This document shows positions 18,663 through 27,805 of a stretch of 31,295 bases of DNA, one piece after another. Both the position numbers and the translations under genes were made by a program. The DNA lies in the NCBI GenBank assembly GCA_964594835.1, contig CAZQNA010000014.1:1-31295 (forward strand), given 5' to 3'. Origin of the DNA: an uncultured Nitrososphaerota archaeon (GTDB taxonomy: Archaea > Korarchaeota > Korarchaeia > Korarchaeales > Korarchaeaceae). The number at the start of each line of letters is the position of its first letter. The first letter of the stretch is position 1. The notes beneath the pieces were generated by a model. It did not search any database and was not told the DNA's origin. It worked only from the letters and a program-made list of their open reading frames with translations.

Positions 18663-19077
18663 ATCCGAGACTAGGAATAGTCGATCGGAGGATCAGCCCT
18701 GTTCGCGTCGTGTGCTAGAAGGGGGTTCATATACCCAGCCAACTTGCGAGTTCCTCAAAGAAGGGTGAGAAAGCCTCCTTGACAGACTCCCTGTCCCCTC
18801 TGCCTTCTCCATGGTTCCTATTATCGAGAAGCCGGTCTTGTGGGGGGGGTGGCTCTCGAATATCTTCACCTTGAGTCAGAGTTGTCAAGCAGGTAGGCCC
18901 TGTACCGCTCCAGGCTTCTCTCCTGCCTGGAAGTCTTCAACATGGTGAAGACCAGGCGTCGATGGGGGGACACGGTCCACCAGTGGGGGGCGAGATATCA
19001 CCGCGCGCCTCCGCAGTCTGAGCCGCTGCGCCTGAACCGAGCGGGGCGAACCTTCCCTAATCTCGCATGCCCAAGGA

Positions 19078-19500
19078 TCAGCCGAGCAGCCGCCTAATGG
19101 CCTCAGAGATGGACCAAACCTCGACTATCCCGGCCCGCTTCAACCCATCGAAGTGTCTGTCGTTTGAGATCAACACCGCGCCCGCTCGAAGGCAGGTGGC
19201 TGCGTGGAGCAGGTCGGCGTACTCGCCCTCGGGCACGTGAGGCCTACACCTCTCTATGTGCTCGGCCTCGGGCTCCACAAGCACCACGGTCTGCCTCAGG
19301 ACTGCGATCAGCGTCGACGCCTGGGCCCTCACCTCCGCGCTCCGCTCCCCCAGCTTATGGGCCCACCTCTCGTACTCTTCGAGGAGCACACGGTTCCCGA
19401 CCAGCTCGTAATTCTGATTCGTCAGCAGCTCGAGGAGGAGGTCGGTCGATCGAGTCCAACCCGACTTGAACGCGGCGATGAAGGCGTTAGTGTCCAGCAA
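19078..19500 (-). CDS. vapC: PIN-domain toxin (PIN_3-like)
   Basis: LDTNAF, LLEEY, ADLLHAATC, LISNDRHFD. Confidence 0.9.
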   Translation of the reverse strand: MLDTNAFIAAFKSGWTRSTDLLLELLTNQNYELVGNRVLLEEYERWAHKLGERSAEVRAQASTLIAVLRQTVVLVEPEAEHIERCRPHVPEGEYADLLHAATCLRAGAVLISNDRHFDGLKRAGIVEVWSISEAIRRLLG

Positions 19501-19771
19501 GAATCTCTTCGATCCTCTTCCTGGCAGCCCTGTTCGCCTCCGTCTCTATCTCCCTCCCCAGCCCCTCCAGGTCGATTCCACTCTCACGAACCTCTCTCGC
19601 GATAGCCTCGAGAAGCTCCCTGACATTCAGCCTCCTCAGCACCAGCGTGTCCTCGCCCACCTGAACCAGGAGCAGCCTGCTCCCCTTCGAGATCCCAAGC
19701 CTATCTCTCACCCTCCTGGGTACGACGATCCTGCCCCTCCCGTCCACCACCACTACCTCGATGACACTCAT
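19487..19771 (-). CDS. vapB: AbrB/MazE/SpoVT-type antitoxin
   Basis: From ATG at 19771: VDGRGRIVVPRRVRDRLGI. TTATATA box at 19795-19801. Overlaps the PIN gene. Confidence 0.9.
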   Translation of the reverse strand: MSVIEVVVVDGRGRIVVPRRVRDRLGISKGSRLLLVQVGEDTLVLRRLNVRELLEAIAREVRESGIDLEGLGREIETEANRAARKRIEEILAGH

Positions 19772-19989
19772 CCCATAATTCCCACATATCCCACTATATA
19801 ACCTACCCGGACCTACGGGCCAAGAGGGCTCTGAGCCCTCAGACCGCAAGACCTTACCACCGTCGCGAGTTTCCACGAATCGGATCACGAAACTTCCGGC
19901 AGGCTCTCTTCGGAGAGGCGTTAATTCATGGAAGTTACGCCCACTCACCGCCTGCGTGCTTGGAGTGACTCGCTGGTAAACCTATCTTA

Positions 19990-20357
19990 TAGGTACGTTA
20001 ACCATAATCGGTAGAGGTACCCAGAGAGGTGAAGGAGGGGCTGGAGAGGGCGGGCGTGAGGCCCAGTAAGGTTGCGAAGGAGGCGATAACGAGAAAGCTG
20101 GAGGGGATCAGGCTCAAGAAGCTTGAGCAGAGGGCTGAGGAGCTGCTGGACATCCTGGAGAGGGTGGACGTCCGTAGGGTCGTCGCGCACATCAGGGAGG
20201 ACAGGGAGTCGAGGTGAGGATGATAGTCGACGCCAGCTCGATAATCCGGGCGGTAGAGGAAGGCAGGATGCGGAGGATCGCGGGAGCCGAGGGCATTCAG
20301 GGCCGCCCTCGGATGTGCGCGGACTGCCTCCCAAGTCGCTGCGCCACGTCGATCTAA
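19990..20357 (+). pseudogene. Degraded RHH antitoxin plus truncated VapC
   Basis: Antitoxin TI/SVEVPREVKEGLERAG...VAHIREDRESR has a frameshift at about 20005. A GTGA-coupled PIN start (MRMIVDASSII, 20214) ends after 47 codons. Confidence 0.75.
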
Positions 20358-20426
20358 TCGCGAAGTCGTCTTGAATTTAGCCCTCAAAACGGTTAAGAGG
20401 AACCCTACATCCCCTAATCGGCTGAA

Positions 20427-21020
20427 TTGTTGAAGAGGTTCTTCGACCTGGGGGCATCCGTTGGACTCGCCCTCGCGTCCCTCGCCGCCCTCGCGGCGGC
20501 CTCCGCGGGGGAGGCCGTACAGATGGACGTCGCCTGGATCCTGTGCTTCACGCTCCCCGCGGCCCTCGTGGCCGCCGTCTACCTGAAGCTCCGGGAGGCG
20601 GGGTGCGAGAGGATCGCCCTTCCGCTGGCCTCGCTGGCCTCGGGCATGTTTCTGAGTTCCCTGTCGGTGTCGCTGATCCTCAGGGTGGCGCTGGAGCTCC
20701 TCCCCGGCCGAGAACTGCGGGAGCCGTGGTGGTACCCGATCCCCGCGACCCTGGGTGGGCCGGCGATCACCCCTCTGATCCCCTTCATCGCCGAGTACTG
20801 GGTCCCGGGCCTCATCGGCCCCCTCGTCCACCCGGCGCTCCTCCTGATCATCGCGGCCCTGACCCAGCTGGGCCGCGACCGCCGGTCGCACAGGGCGCTG
20901 TCCCTGATCGCGACCCCCTACCTGACTTCCTCAAGCTCCTACGCCCTCATCCTCACCTCTGAGTTCGCCTGGGAGCTGCTGACGAGGCTGACCGGGGCGC
21001 TGGAGGGGGTGGTCGGTTGA
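20427..21020 (+). CDS. Hypothetical polytopic membrane protein
   Basis: 197 aa with about 5-6 hydrophobic segments. TTGA-coupled to the next gene. Confidence 0.65.
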   Translation: MLKRFFDLGASVGLALASLAALAAASAGEAVQMDVAWILCFTLPAALVAAVYLKLREAGCERIALPLASLASGMFLSSLSVSLILRVALELLPGRELREPWWYPIPATLGGPAITPLIPFIAEYWVPGLIGPLVHPALLLIIAALTQLGRDRRSHRALSLIATPYLTSSSSYALILTSEFAWELLTRLTGALEGVVG

Positions 21021-22606
21021 AGTCCCGCCTGACGGCGCTGGCCCTCGCCATACTGATCTCCGCCCAGGCGGCATCCCTCGGATCGATGGACGAGGCTCCG
21101 ACCGTGAGGAGGTCCACGCTGATCTTTCCCGGCCCCCTCTCCGAGGCCGTTACCACCCCAGAGGGCATCCTGCTGGTGGGCGCGGGCGAGTCCGGGAGGG
21201 CCATCCTGGTGCACCTGGACCGGCGCCTGCGCCTGACGTGCGCCGAGGAGCTGGGCAACTGGTCCATCTCGCCTGAGGACGCCCGGATCGTGGGCGGCCA
21301 CCTCCTGATCTCCGGAAGGTGCGGGCGGGGCCCGAGGGACCTCACCGAGGGCTGCGTAGCGCTCGTGAGCCTGCACCCTGTGAGGCCCACCTGGGCGGTC
21401 GCGATCTCTAGTCCTTGGGGCGCCCACTGCCCATCCGCCGTTCCCCTGGGTGCCGGCGGCTACCTGGGGGTATGCCAGATCGAAGCGACGGGCGAGGGTG
21501 GCGTCCTCCTCGTCAGGCTGACCGGGAACGGGTCCGTCTCCTGGGTGAGGGCCGTCCACCTCGGCGCCAGAGAGTTGGCGGCCGGCGCAGTCCCCACACC
21601 CGACGGCGGGGCGCTGATCGTAGGCACGCGGTACGACGAGAGGATCAGGCGGGACTGGCCGTTCCTCCTGAAGGTCAACGCCTCCGGGGACGTCGAGTGG
21701 GCCGGGGTGGTCAGGGTGCACAGGGCCCTCGTCCACGGCGTGGTGGAGGTCCCGGGCGGCTACCTGGTGGTGGGGTCGAGGTGGGTGTCCAAGCAGAATC
21801 CCTTCCTCCTCTTCCTGAGCGAGGAGCTGGAGCCCGTGCGCGCCGTCGAGGTGGAGACAGGAGAAGAGGGTGACTTCGTCGCCGAGGACGCCCGGTACGC
21901 TGAGACGGACCGGGGACCGTCCATCTACGTGGTCGGATCCGTGGACTACGGCTGGGCGGCCTTCGTCCTCAGGGTGGACGGCGGGGGAGACGTCAGGTGG
22001 CTGAAGGTCTACGGTCACGGCGGGTGCTGGGCCCGCGACGTCCTGCCGGTCGAGGGCCGGCTCCTGGTCGTGGGCGGGCTCAGGGTGACCTACCCCAGGT
22101 CCCGCGAGTTCGGCCTGATAGTGGTCGCCGACCCGGACGGGAACGTCGCCGGGTGCGTGTCACCGGAGAACCTGTCCCGCTTCATGGTCAGGACGCGGGA
22201 GCCCCCGATTCTCTCCCTCGTGAAGGTCAACTTCACCTACTCGGAGCTGAGGCCCGGGAGGTTGAACGTCACGTGGCTGAGCCTGGGCTCCCGCGAGGTG
22301 GACCTCGAGGTGGAGGAGACCTGCGTGACCAACCCGCCGAGGCCGAAGCCGAGGCCCACGCCCCCTCCGCCGGCGCGGGTCGTACTGCTCGCCGACCTCC
22401 TGCTGGCCCTGCCGGCGGGCGTCGGCGCAATATACTTCGCCAGGCGGGCTCTTCTCATCTTCTCGACCCTTCAAGAGGCCTGCGCGGAGGTCGAGGGCGG
22501 CGTGGAGCGAGAGGGCGCGTCGGAGGACGCTGAGCCAGGGGGCGCTGGCGAGGCGCCGCGTAGGGAGCGGTCGCGCCCGGACGGCGCCCCGGCGAAGAGA
22601 CGGTGA
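21017..22606 (+). CDS. Secreted, C-terminally anchored beta-propeller-repeat protein
   Basis: Signal peptide; repeats LLVRLTGNGSVSW, FLLKVNASGDVEW, FVLRVDGGGDVRW, LIVVADPDGNV; Pro-rich linker, then TM. Confidence 0.75.
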   Translation: MKSRLTALALAILISAQAASLGSMDEAPTVRRSTLIFPGPLSEAVTTPEGILLVGAGESGRAILVHLDRRLRLTCAEELGNWSISPEDARIVGGHLLISGRCGRGPRDLTEGCVALVSLHPVRPTWAVAISSPWGAHCPSAVPLGAGGYLGVCQIEATGEGGVLLVRLTGNGSVSWVRAVHLGARELAAGAVPTPDGGALIVGTRYDERIRRDWPFLLKVNASGDVEWAGVVRVHRALVHGVVEVPGGYLVVGSRWVSKQNPFLLFLSEELEPVRAVEVETGEEGDFVAEDARYAETDRGPSIYVVGSVDYGWAAFVLRVDGGGDVRWLKVYGHGGCWARDVLPVEGRLLVVGGLRVTYPRSREFGLIVVADPDGNVAGCVSPENLSRFMVRTREPPILSLVKVNFTYSELRPGRLNVTWLSLGSREVDLEVEETCVTNPPRPKPRPTPPPPARVVLLADLLLALPAGVGAIYFARRALLIFSTLQEACAEVEGGVEREGASEDAEPGGAGEAPRRERSRPDGAPAKRR

Positions 22607-22638
22607 CGGGAGGCTCGGCCCCACCCTCGAGCGGTCGT

Positions 22639-23067
22639 TCAGGCTTCCGCTCCCCCGAGCACCCTCAGCCCAAGGCGCCTCTCCACGACCTCCCGCTTGG
22701 AGAGGATGTCCCGGTCGAAGGTCAGGAAGGCCTCGGCGCCCGCGCGGGACGCCGCCGCGACGTGCAGCAGGTCCAGCGTCTTCAGCCTCATATCTCCGGC
22801 CTCCTCCAGGGCGAGGGAGAACACGTCCCCCCAGTCCACCTCCACCACGTCCACGCCGCACCTCCTCAGTGTGTACTCGACGAGCGCCTCCAGCTCCTCG
22901 CCGGCCGCCCCGGTCACCCTGCTGAAAACGGACGCGAGCTCCACGGCCGTCAGCCTCGACGCGACCCTGGTTCCCCCGAGCCACTCGATGGCCTCGACGG
23001 ACCTGCCGTGGAGTGGGTCCCGCTCGTTCACGTAGGAGACCATCACGCTCGTGTCCAGGTATATCAT
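22639..23067 (-). CDS. vapC: PIN-domain toxin (VapC)
   Basis: IYLDTSV, AVEL, TLDLLHVAAA, FLTFD. Confidence 0.92.
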   Translation of the reverse strand: MIYLDTSVMVSYVNERDPLHGRSVEAIEWLGGTRVASRLTAVELASVFSRVTGAAGEELEALVEYTLRRCGVDVVEVDWGDVFSLALEEAGDMRLKTLDLLHVAAASRAGAEAFLTFDRDILSKREVVERRLGLRVLGGAEA

Positions 23068-23312
23068 CTGGACCTCGCCTCCTCCACGTCCGCCGCCGTC
23101 GGCAGCCTCTCGTAGGGGAGGCCCTCCCTCTCGAACCTCTCCACCAGCCGGGCCACCTTTCTCCTCCTCTCTATGAGTCTCCGGGCCCTCTCCATGCCGG
23201 CCTCGATTATGATGTTCAGTGCCTGGTTCCTGCTCCTGGCTATCCCAAGCCTCACCAGCTCGTCCGCCACCTGCACGACCTCTTCCCTCACCTTTATCGT
23301 GACCGGCCTCAT
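23064..23312 (-). CDS. vapB: Ribbon-helix-helix antitoxin (VapB)
   Basis: MRPVTIKVREEVVQVADELVRLGIARSRNQAL. ATGA-coupled to the PIN gene. Confidence 0.85.
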   Translation of the reverse strand: MRPVTIKVREEVVQVADELVRLGIARSRNQALNIIIEAGMERARRLIERRRKVARLVERFEREGLPYERLPTAADVEEARSR

Positions 23313-23321
23313 CAGAGCTTG

Positions 23322-23337
23322 GTACACCTAGGTGTAC
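23322..23337. promoter_or_regulatory. Palindromic operator of the RHH-VapC operon
   Basis: Perfect 16-bp palindrome GTACACCTAGGTGTAC between a TTAAG TATA-like box and the ATG at 23312. Confidence 0.75.
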
Positions 23338-23412
23338 TTAAGGTTTGATGGGGTACTATCTTGCACGGGTTTCAGATATCGCTGACGGGTCATGAGAGAA
23401 GGCCTCGCGAGT

Positions 23413-23733
23413 TCAGACGATCCTGACCCCTCTCCTCCTGGCCTCCTCTATCAGGGGCCTGTAAGTCTCGTTGTCCGCCACCATTAGGTCCAGCGGAACC
23501 CCCAGATCTAGGAGCGCGTCCACCTCCTCTCTGAGCAGCTCGAAGAAGTCGACCCTCTCGCCCTCTCGCGGAATCACGATCATGTCCAAGTCGCTCTCCC
23601 CCTTAACCGCCGACCCCTCGACGACGGACCCAAAGACGTAGGCCTCCCTGACCCTCCCCCTGAGCTTCTCCCTCAGCGACTCAATTATCCCCCTGAGATC
23701 TCTCAGGGAGACGAACTCTACTCCCTCAACCAC
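23413..23733 (-). CDS. Minimal nucleotidyltransferase (MNT) antitoxin
   Basis: YVFGSVVEG...SDLDMIV...LDL motif, 106 aa. Confidence 0.9.
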   Translation of the reverse strand: MVEGVEFVSLRDLRGIIESLREKLRGRVREAYVFGSVVEGSAVKGESDLDMIVIPREGERVDFFELLREEVDALLDLGVPLDLMVADNETYRPLIEEARRRGVRIV

Positions 23734-23906
23734 CTCTCCCCCACTATGGCCAAGAGTTTTCGGTAGACCTTATCTACCTGATAGAGTTCTTCTTCAGAGA
23801 CAGACAGATAGTATTGGCCCCGTAATCCCCTCACGGATTGGATCTTGGCGATACCCCTCACCATCTCCAACACGCTCGGCAATGGGCCTCGCAGCCATTT
23901 TTCCAA
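23718..23906 (-). pseudogene. Probable HEPN/DUF86 toxin C-terminal remnant
   Basis: 62 aa overlapping the MNT start. VRGLRGQYYLSVSEEELY resembles DUF86 GLRNxLxHxY but lacks the His and the N-terminal half. Confidence 0.55.
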
Positions 23907-23934
23907 CCTTCCCCAACCCGACGCGGGTGGAGGG

Positions 23935-24717
23935 TCAGGCGAGGGTCCTGATGAGCATCCAGGCGGCTGCTGACAGCAGGATGAGAGAGAAGAGCCACCT
24001 CATCTCCCTGTCCCCGATCCTGGTGTGCATTCTGGCCCCCAACTGGGCTCCGACCACGACCGTCAATCCGAAGACCGCCCCCAAGCCGATATCGAGACCC
24101 CCTCTCAGGATGTGACCCAAGAGGGACATCGACGAGGAGGAGATCACCAAGAAGGAGTTCGTCGCCATGGCTACCCTGAGGGGGACCCCTCCCAGTATGA
24201 CGCACAGCGGCACTATCAGCCCCCCGCCCGATATCCCCGCCATCCCGGCCAGGAAGGCCGCCAGGGCCACTGGAGGGATTATCAGGAGGATCTGGAGGTC
24301 GTACTCCATGTCCCCGACCTTCCTCCTGATGGAGAGGAACCTCACCCCTCTGAACTCCTTCTTCATGAGTATCAGGACGGCCGAGACCGCCAGGAGCAGT
24401 GAGAAGCACAGCTTGAGCACCGGGGCGGGGACCTCGTAGGATATGAAGCCCCCCAGGAAGGAGGAGAGGGCCACCACTCCCCCGAGCATCAGCGCCAGGG
24501 CCCAATCCAAGAGCCCGTGCCTCCTGGAGTAGACGGGGATCATCGAGAGGCCTTGGAGAGTTATCATCAGCAGGCTGAGGGTCGCGGCCTGGAAGTAGGA
24601 CATGTTGAGGAGCGTCAGGAGGACGGACAGGTAGAGCTCTCCCCCTCCCTTCCCGAACATCGAGAAGAAGGTCGATATGGAGAAGGCCAGCAGCACCGCG
24701 AGGACGAATTGAAGCAT
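23935..24717 (-). CDS. TauE/SafE (TSUP) family membrane transporter
   Basis: Two repeats with SMFGKGGG and GMAGISGGGLIVP, plus GAQLGA. Start at ATG 24717 with TTTAT box about 27 bp upstream. Confidence 0.9.
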   Translation of the reverse strand: MLQFVLAVLLAFSISTFFSMFGKGGGELYLSVLLTLLNMSYFQAATLSLLMITLQGLSMIPVYSRRHGLLDWALALMLGGVVALSSFLGGFISYEVPAPVLKLCFSLLLAVSAVLILMKKEFRGVRFLSIRRKVGDMEYDLQILLIIPPVALAAFLAGMAGISGGGLIVPLCVILGGVPLRVAMATNSFLVISSSSMSLLGHILRGGLDIGLGAVFGLTVVVGAQLGARMHTRIGDREMRWLFSLILLSAAAWMLIRTLA

Positions 24718-24939
24718 CGCCGTCCCTGGCTGGGAGGCGTCAAGATAAACCTGGCCGATCGGGAACCACGCAGCGGCTTCTCCCATCTCCTGAGTTCGTT
24801 GACCAAAGGAGGGGTAAGGTGTGCGGGGTGGGCTGCCAGCTCTACAGAGGCCCGGTGGGCCCTGGGTTGACCGAGGTAGGCCCAGCGGGACCCGGTGGGG
24901 CCGCGTGAAGATAGGGACCTCTGAGGCCGACGATGGTCT

Positions 24940-25211
24940 CAGGGGCCCGGAGGGCCTCCTGTCTCTCTCACGGGGACCTACGCGTTCACGCACGATCTCT
25001 TCGAGCTGCTGCACGCCGCCGAGTCCCTCAGACTCTCGGCGCCCCCCGAGGTCCTGGGTGCCGCGGACGCCTTCACCCCCACTACACGATGGCCAGGTAC
25101 CCCGGCAGAACGCCTGCTCGGTACGACAGGGAGAGGGCGGAGGGGTGCGTCTCCCATGCCGAGAGGATCGTCGAGTGGGTTGAGGAGGCTCTTGAGGAGG
25201 GAGGCCGATAG
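24940..25211 (+). pseudogene. HEPN toxin, frameshifted and N-terminally degraded
   Basis: TGTYAFTHDLFELL...AADAFTP/HYTMARYPG...AERIVEWVEE with a frameshift in a C run at about 25076-25080. Confidence 0.8.
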
Positions 25212-25650
25212 GCTCAGGCGCCAGCGCCCGCGCTCGACCATCCTGCTGTTCGGCTCAAGGGCGAGGGGGGAGGCCAGGGCGGCCAGCGACTACGACGTGG
25301 CTATCATCCTGCCCAACCCGAACCCCCTGGAGGAGGTGATCCGGGCCAGGAGGGCGAGGCTGAGGGGATTGAGGGTCGACGTGGTCGTGCTGGGCGTCCG
25401 CCAGCTGGAGGATCCGATGTACGCGCAGATGCTGGACGGGGCGGTGGTCCTGCACGACGGGCTCAACCTGTTCATGGGGGCCCGGCGCGTCTCGGCTGGG
25501 CCGGACTCTTCGGCGAACCGGGATGAGAGTCTCAGGGCGAGCATGGCGCTTTACTCTGGTTTCCGCGTGGACATTCGCCGCAGAGGACGTCTCCCCGACG
25601 CACGACGCCCGGCGTTAAGAGGTCGCGCCTCAGCGGCCTCGCGCGGTTGA
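25180..25650 (+). CDS. Minimal nucleotidyltransferase (MNT) antitoxin
   Basis: LLFGSRARGE...SDYDVAII...VDVVV. The last roughly 55 aa look like run-on past a lost stop. Confidence 0.85.
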   Translation: MRRLLRREADRLRRQRPRSTILLFGSRARGEARAASDYDVAIILPNPNPLEEVIRARRARLRGLRVDVVVLGVRQLEDPMYAQMLDGAVVLHDGLNLFMGARRVSAGPDSSANRDESLRASMALYSGFRVDIRRRGRLPDARRPALRGRASAASRG

Positions 25651-25736
25651 CCCGAACCCAGAAACGGGGACCAAACTCTTCAATAACCGCGTCGAAAAAG
25701 TTATGTTACTTCAGAAGAAGCGCTCAAGGAGTCTCA

Positions 25737-27599
25737 TTGGACGACTCCGTCACCTTCGAGGCGATCTCCCGGGCCGAGCGCATCCTAAGAGAGAGGGATC
25801 CGGAGGGGCGGTTCAAGAGGTTCAACGAGTACCAGAGGGAGGCCCTGGGAAGGATACTGAGAAGGCTGATAGAGGAAGGCAGGGTATCTGGGATCCTCCA
25901 GATGCCCACGGGTACAGGCAAGACGATCCTAGCCACGGGGCTCCTCCTCTCACTTTCGCTGAGCGACTCCTTCTCGGAGTTCTTCCCCCGCGGCGTGACA
26001 GCAATCTTCCTCTCTCCCAGGATAGTCATACGGAAGCAGGCGCGCCGCAGGTTCGAGACCGCCCTGGAGGGCAGGCTCTCTGTAATCATGGAGGTCAAGG
26101 GAAGCGATCGGATCGTCGACGCCGTCCAGGCCCTCAAGGGCCGAGTGGCCGGGTGGCCGGGCGGGGGCGTGATCTTTACGACTCCTCAGCTCCTGGAGAG
26201 GGCCGCTTCGAGCAGAGAATGGTATGGGTTGGTGGAACTCCTGGGTCAGTGCGTCTCCGTTGTGATCTTCGATGAAGCCCACATCCACTACTTGGGTGAG
26301 AAGACGTGGCCCGCCATGGATGCGCTGCTTGAGTCCTCCGCGGGCAGCGGGACGCTCAGGGTTGCAATGGGGATGACTGCCACGCCCACCGCCAAGCTGA
26401 AGAGGCGGCTCGGAGGACTCCTCCACGCCGCCACCACGGAGGATGCCATGAAGAGGAGGATCCTGGTCGGGAGGATCAGAAAGAGGCGGTATGTCACGAT
26501 CATCCCGACCCACCTGAAGTCTCCGTGGTGGAGGCCCTCGCCCTCAAGTGCGGAGTGGAGGGTGGCGAACAGACGGCGGGCCAATCGGTATGCCAAGAGG
26601 ATAGTGGACTGCCTGGTGGAGTTCTCAGACGAACTCGGCGCCAGGATCGGCAGGGTGAGATACCCGAAGGCGCTCGTTGTGGCTCCGAACGTCCCAGAGG
26701 CGAAGGACCTCCAGGAACTGATAAGGGAGAGGCTCGACTCTGCCGGAGCAACCGAGGTGGAGGTGCTGAGGGCGGACTACAAGAGTGAGAGGGCCAGGGA
26801 CGTGATCGAGGAGTTTCGGAGCCAGTACAGGGAGGGAGCAGTCTTGGTGACTGTCAACATGGCAGATGTAGGGTTCGATGACCCGAACCTGGAGGTCCTC
26901 TTCATCGCGAGGAGGATATCTAACCCGTTGGCCTACGTGCAGGTGAGGGGGAGGGTCCTCAGGACTTCGAGGGATCCAGAGAATGTCAAGTCGGTCTTCG
27001 GGTACGCCATAGTCGTCGACCTAGTTGGAGACGCCCCAGACGAGGTGAGGGACAAAGAGAGGCTCGAAAAGGCTGAGAAGGGCGAGCTGGAGCCTGCGGA
27101 CGAGATGAAGGCCTGGTCCGAGCTCACGGGCCTCGAGAGCGCCGAGCGCGCCGAGGCGCCTGTTGAGGTCCTCGAGGGCGAGGAGTACGTCTACGACCCG
27201 TCGAGGCCTGGATGGGCTATTCCCATCTCCGAGTCCGCGGACCGCTTCGTGAGGGTGGAGCTGGCTGGCAGGTCGATCCTCCTGGAGATCCCGCCGGAGC
27301 CCGCGGATCGGAGGGAGGACCTCGAGCGCGTGGTGGGGGAGACGGTCAGGGGGCTCGCCTGGTGGGCCGCCAGTAGGGCGCTCGCCAGGAAGATCGGAGA
27401 GAGCTGGCTGACGGACCACCTCTGGGAGGCATGGAGGGAGGAACTGATGCGGGAGGGAATCTACTATGTGGACTTCCGCGCCACCACGCAGCGAGGGGCC
27501 CGATACGCGGCTCGCTGGGCGAGGGGGGAGATTCCCTGGGAGAAGTTCGTCAAGTCCATCGCCAAGTCCCTCGCTAATGTTAGGCCGAGGCCGGATTAG
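25737..27599 (+). CDS. SF2 DEAH-box helicase/translocase (ResIII/HsdR-like motor) with unassigned C-terminal domain
   Basis: YQREA, MPTGTGKT, SPR, FDEAH, MTATP, VGFDDP, YVQVRGRVLR. TTG at 25737 follows AAGGAG. Confidence 0.88.
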   Translation: MDDSVTFEAISRAERILRERDPEGRFKRFNEYQREALGRILRRLIEEGRVSGILQMPTGTGKTILATGLLLSLSLSDSFSEFFPRGVTAIFLSPRIVIRKQARRRFETALEGRLSVIMEVKGSDRIVDAVQALKGRVAGWPGGGVIFTTPQLLERAASSREWYGLVELLGQCVSVVIFDEAHIHYLGEKTWPAMDALLESSAGSGTLRVAMGMTATPTAKLKRRLGGLLHAATTEDAMKRRILVGRIRKRRYVTIIPTHLKSPWWRPSPSSAEWRVANRRRANRYAKRIVDCLVEFSDELGARIGRVRYPKALVVAPNVPEAKDLQELIRERLDSAGATEVEVLRADYKSERARDVIEEFRSQYREGAVLVTVNMADVGFDDPNLEVLFIARRISNPLAYVQVRGRVLRTSRDPENVKSVFGYAIVVDLVGDAPDEVRDKERLEKAEKGELEPADEMKAWSELTGLESAERAEAPVEVLEGEEYVYDPSRPGWAIPISESADRFVRVELAGRSILLEIPPEPADRREDLERVVGETVRGLAWWAASRALARKIGESWLTDHLWEAWREELMREGIYYVDFRATTQRGARYAARWARGEIPWEKFVKSIAKSLANVRPRPD

Positions 27600-27805
27600 C
27601 CGTCTGGGCCGAGGCGGGGTTCACTGAGGATTACAAGACCCCACGGGATCCGGGGGGTGCATCTGGCGCGAAGCCAGCGAGCCTAAGCCCGTAGGGGGCA
27701 ACCCTGCCAACGCCCGGCGCATCTCCGCACGATGACCCGCTCCGACCCCCACAATGGCGCGCGCTTAAATGTTGGTTTGACCGGTTTAGCTTTGGGTGAA
27801 CCGGT

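Noticed and set aside
27620-27680. Hammerhead ribozyme (CTGAGGA present)
   Set aside because: No stem II closing onto GAAA; the nearby sequence is CGAAG.
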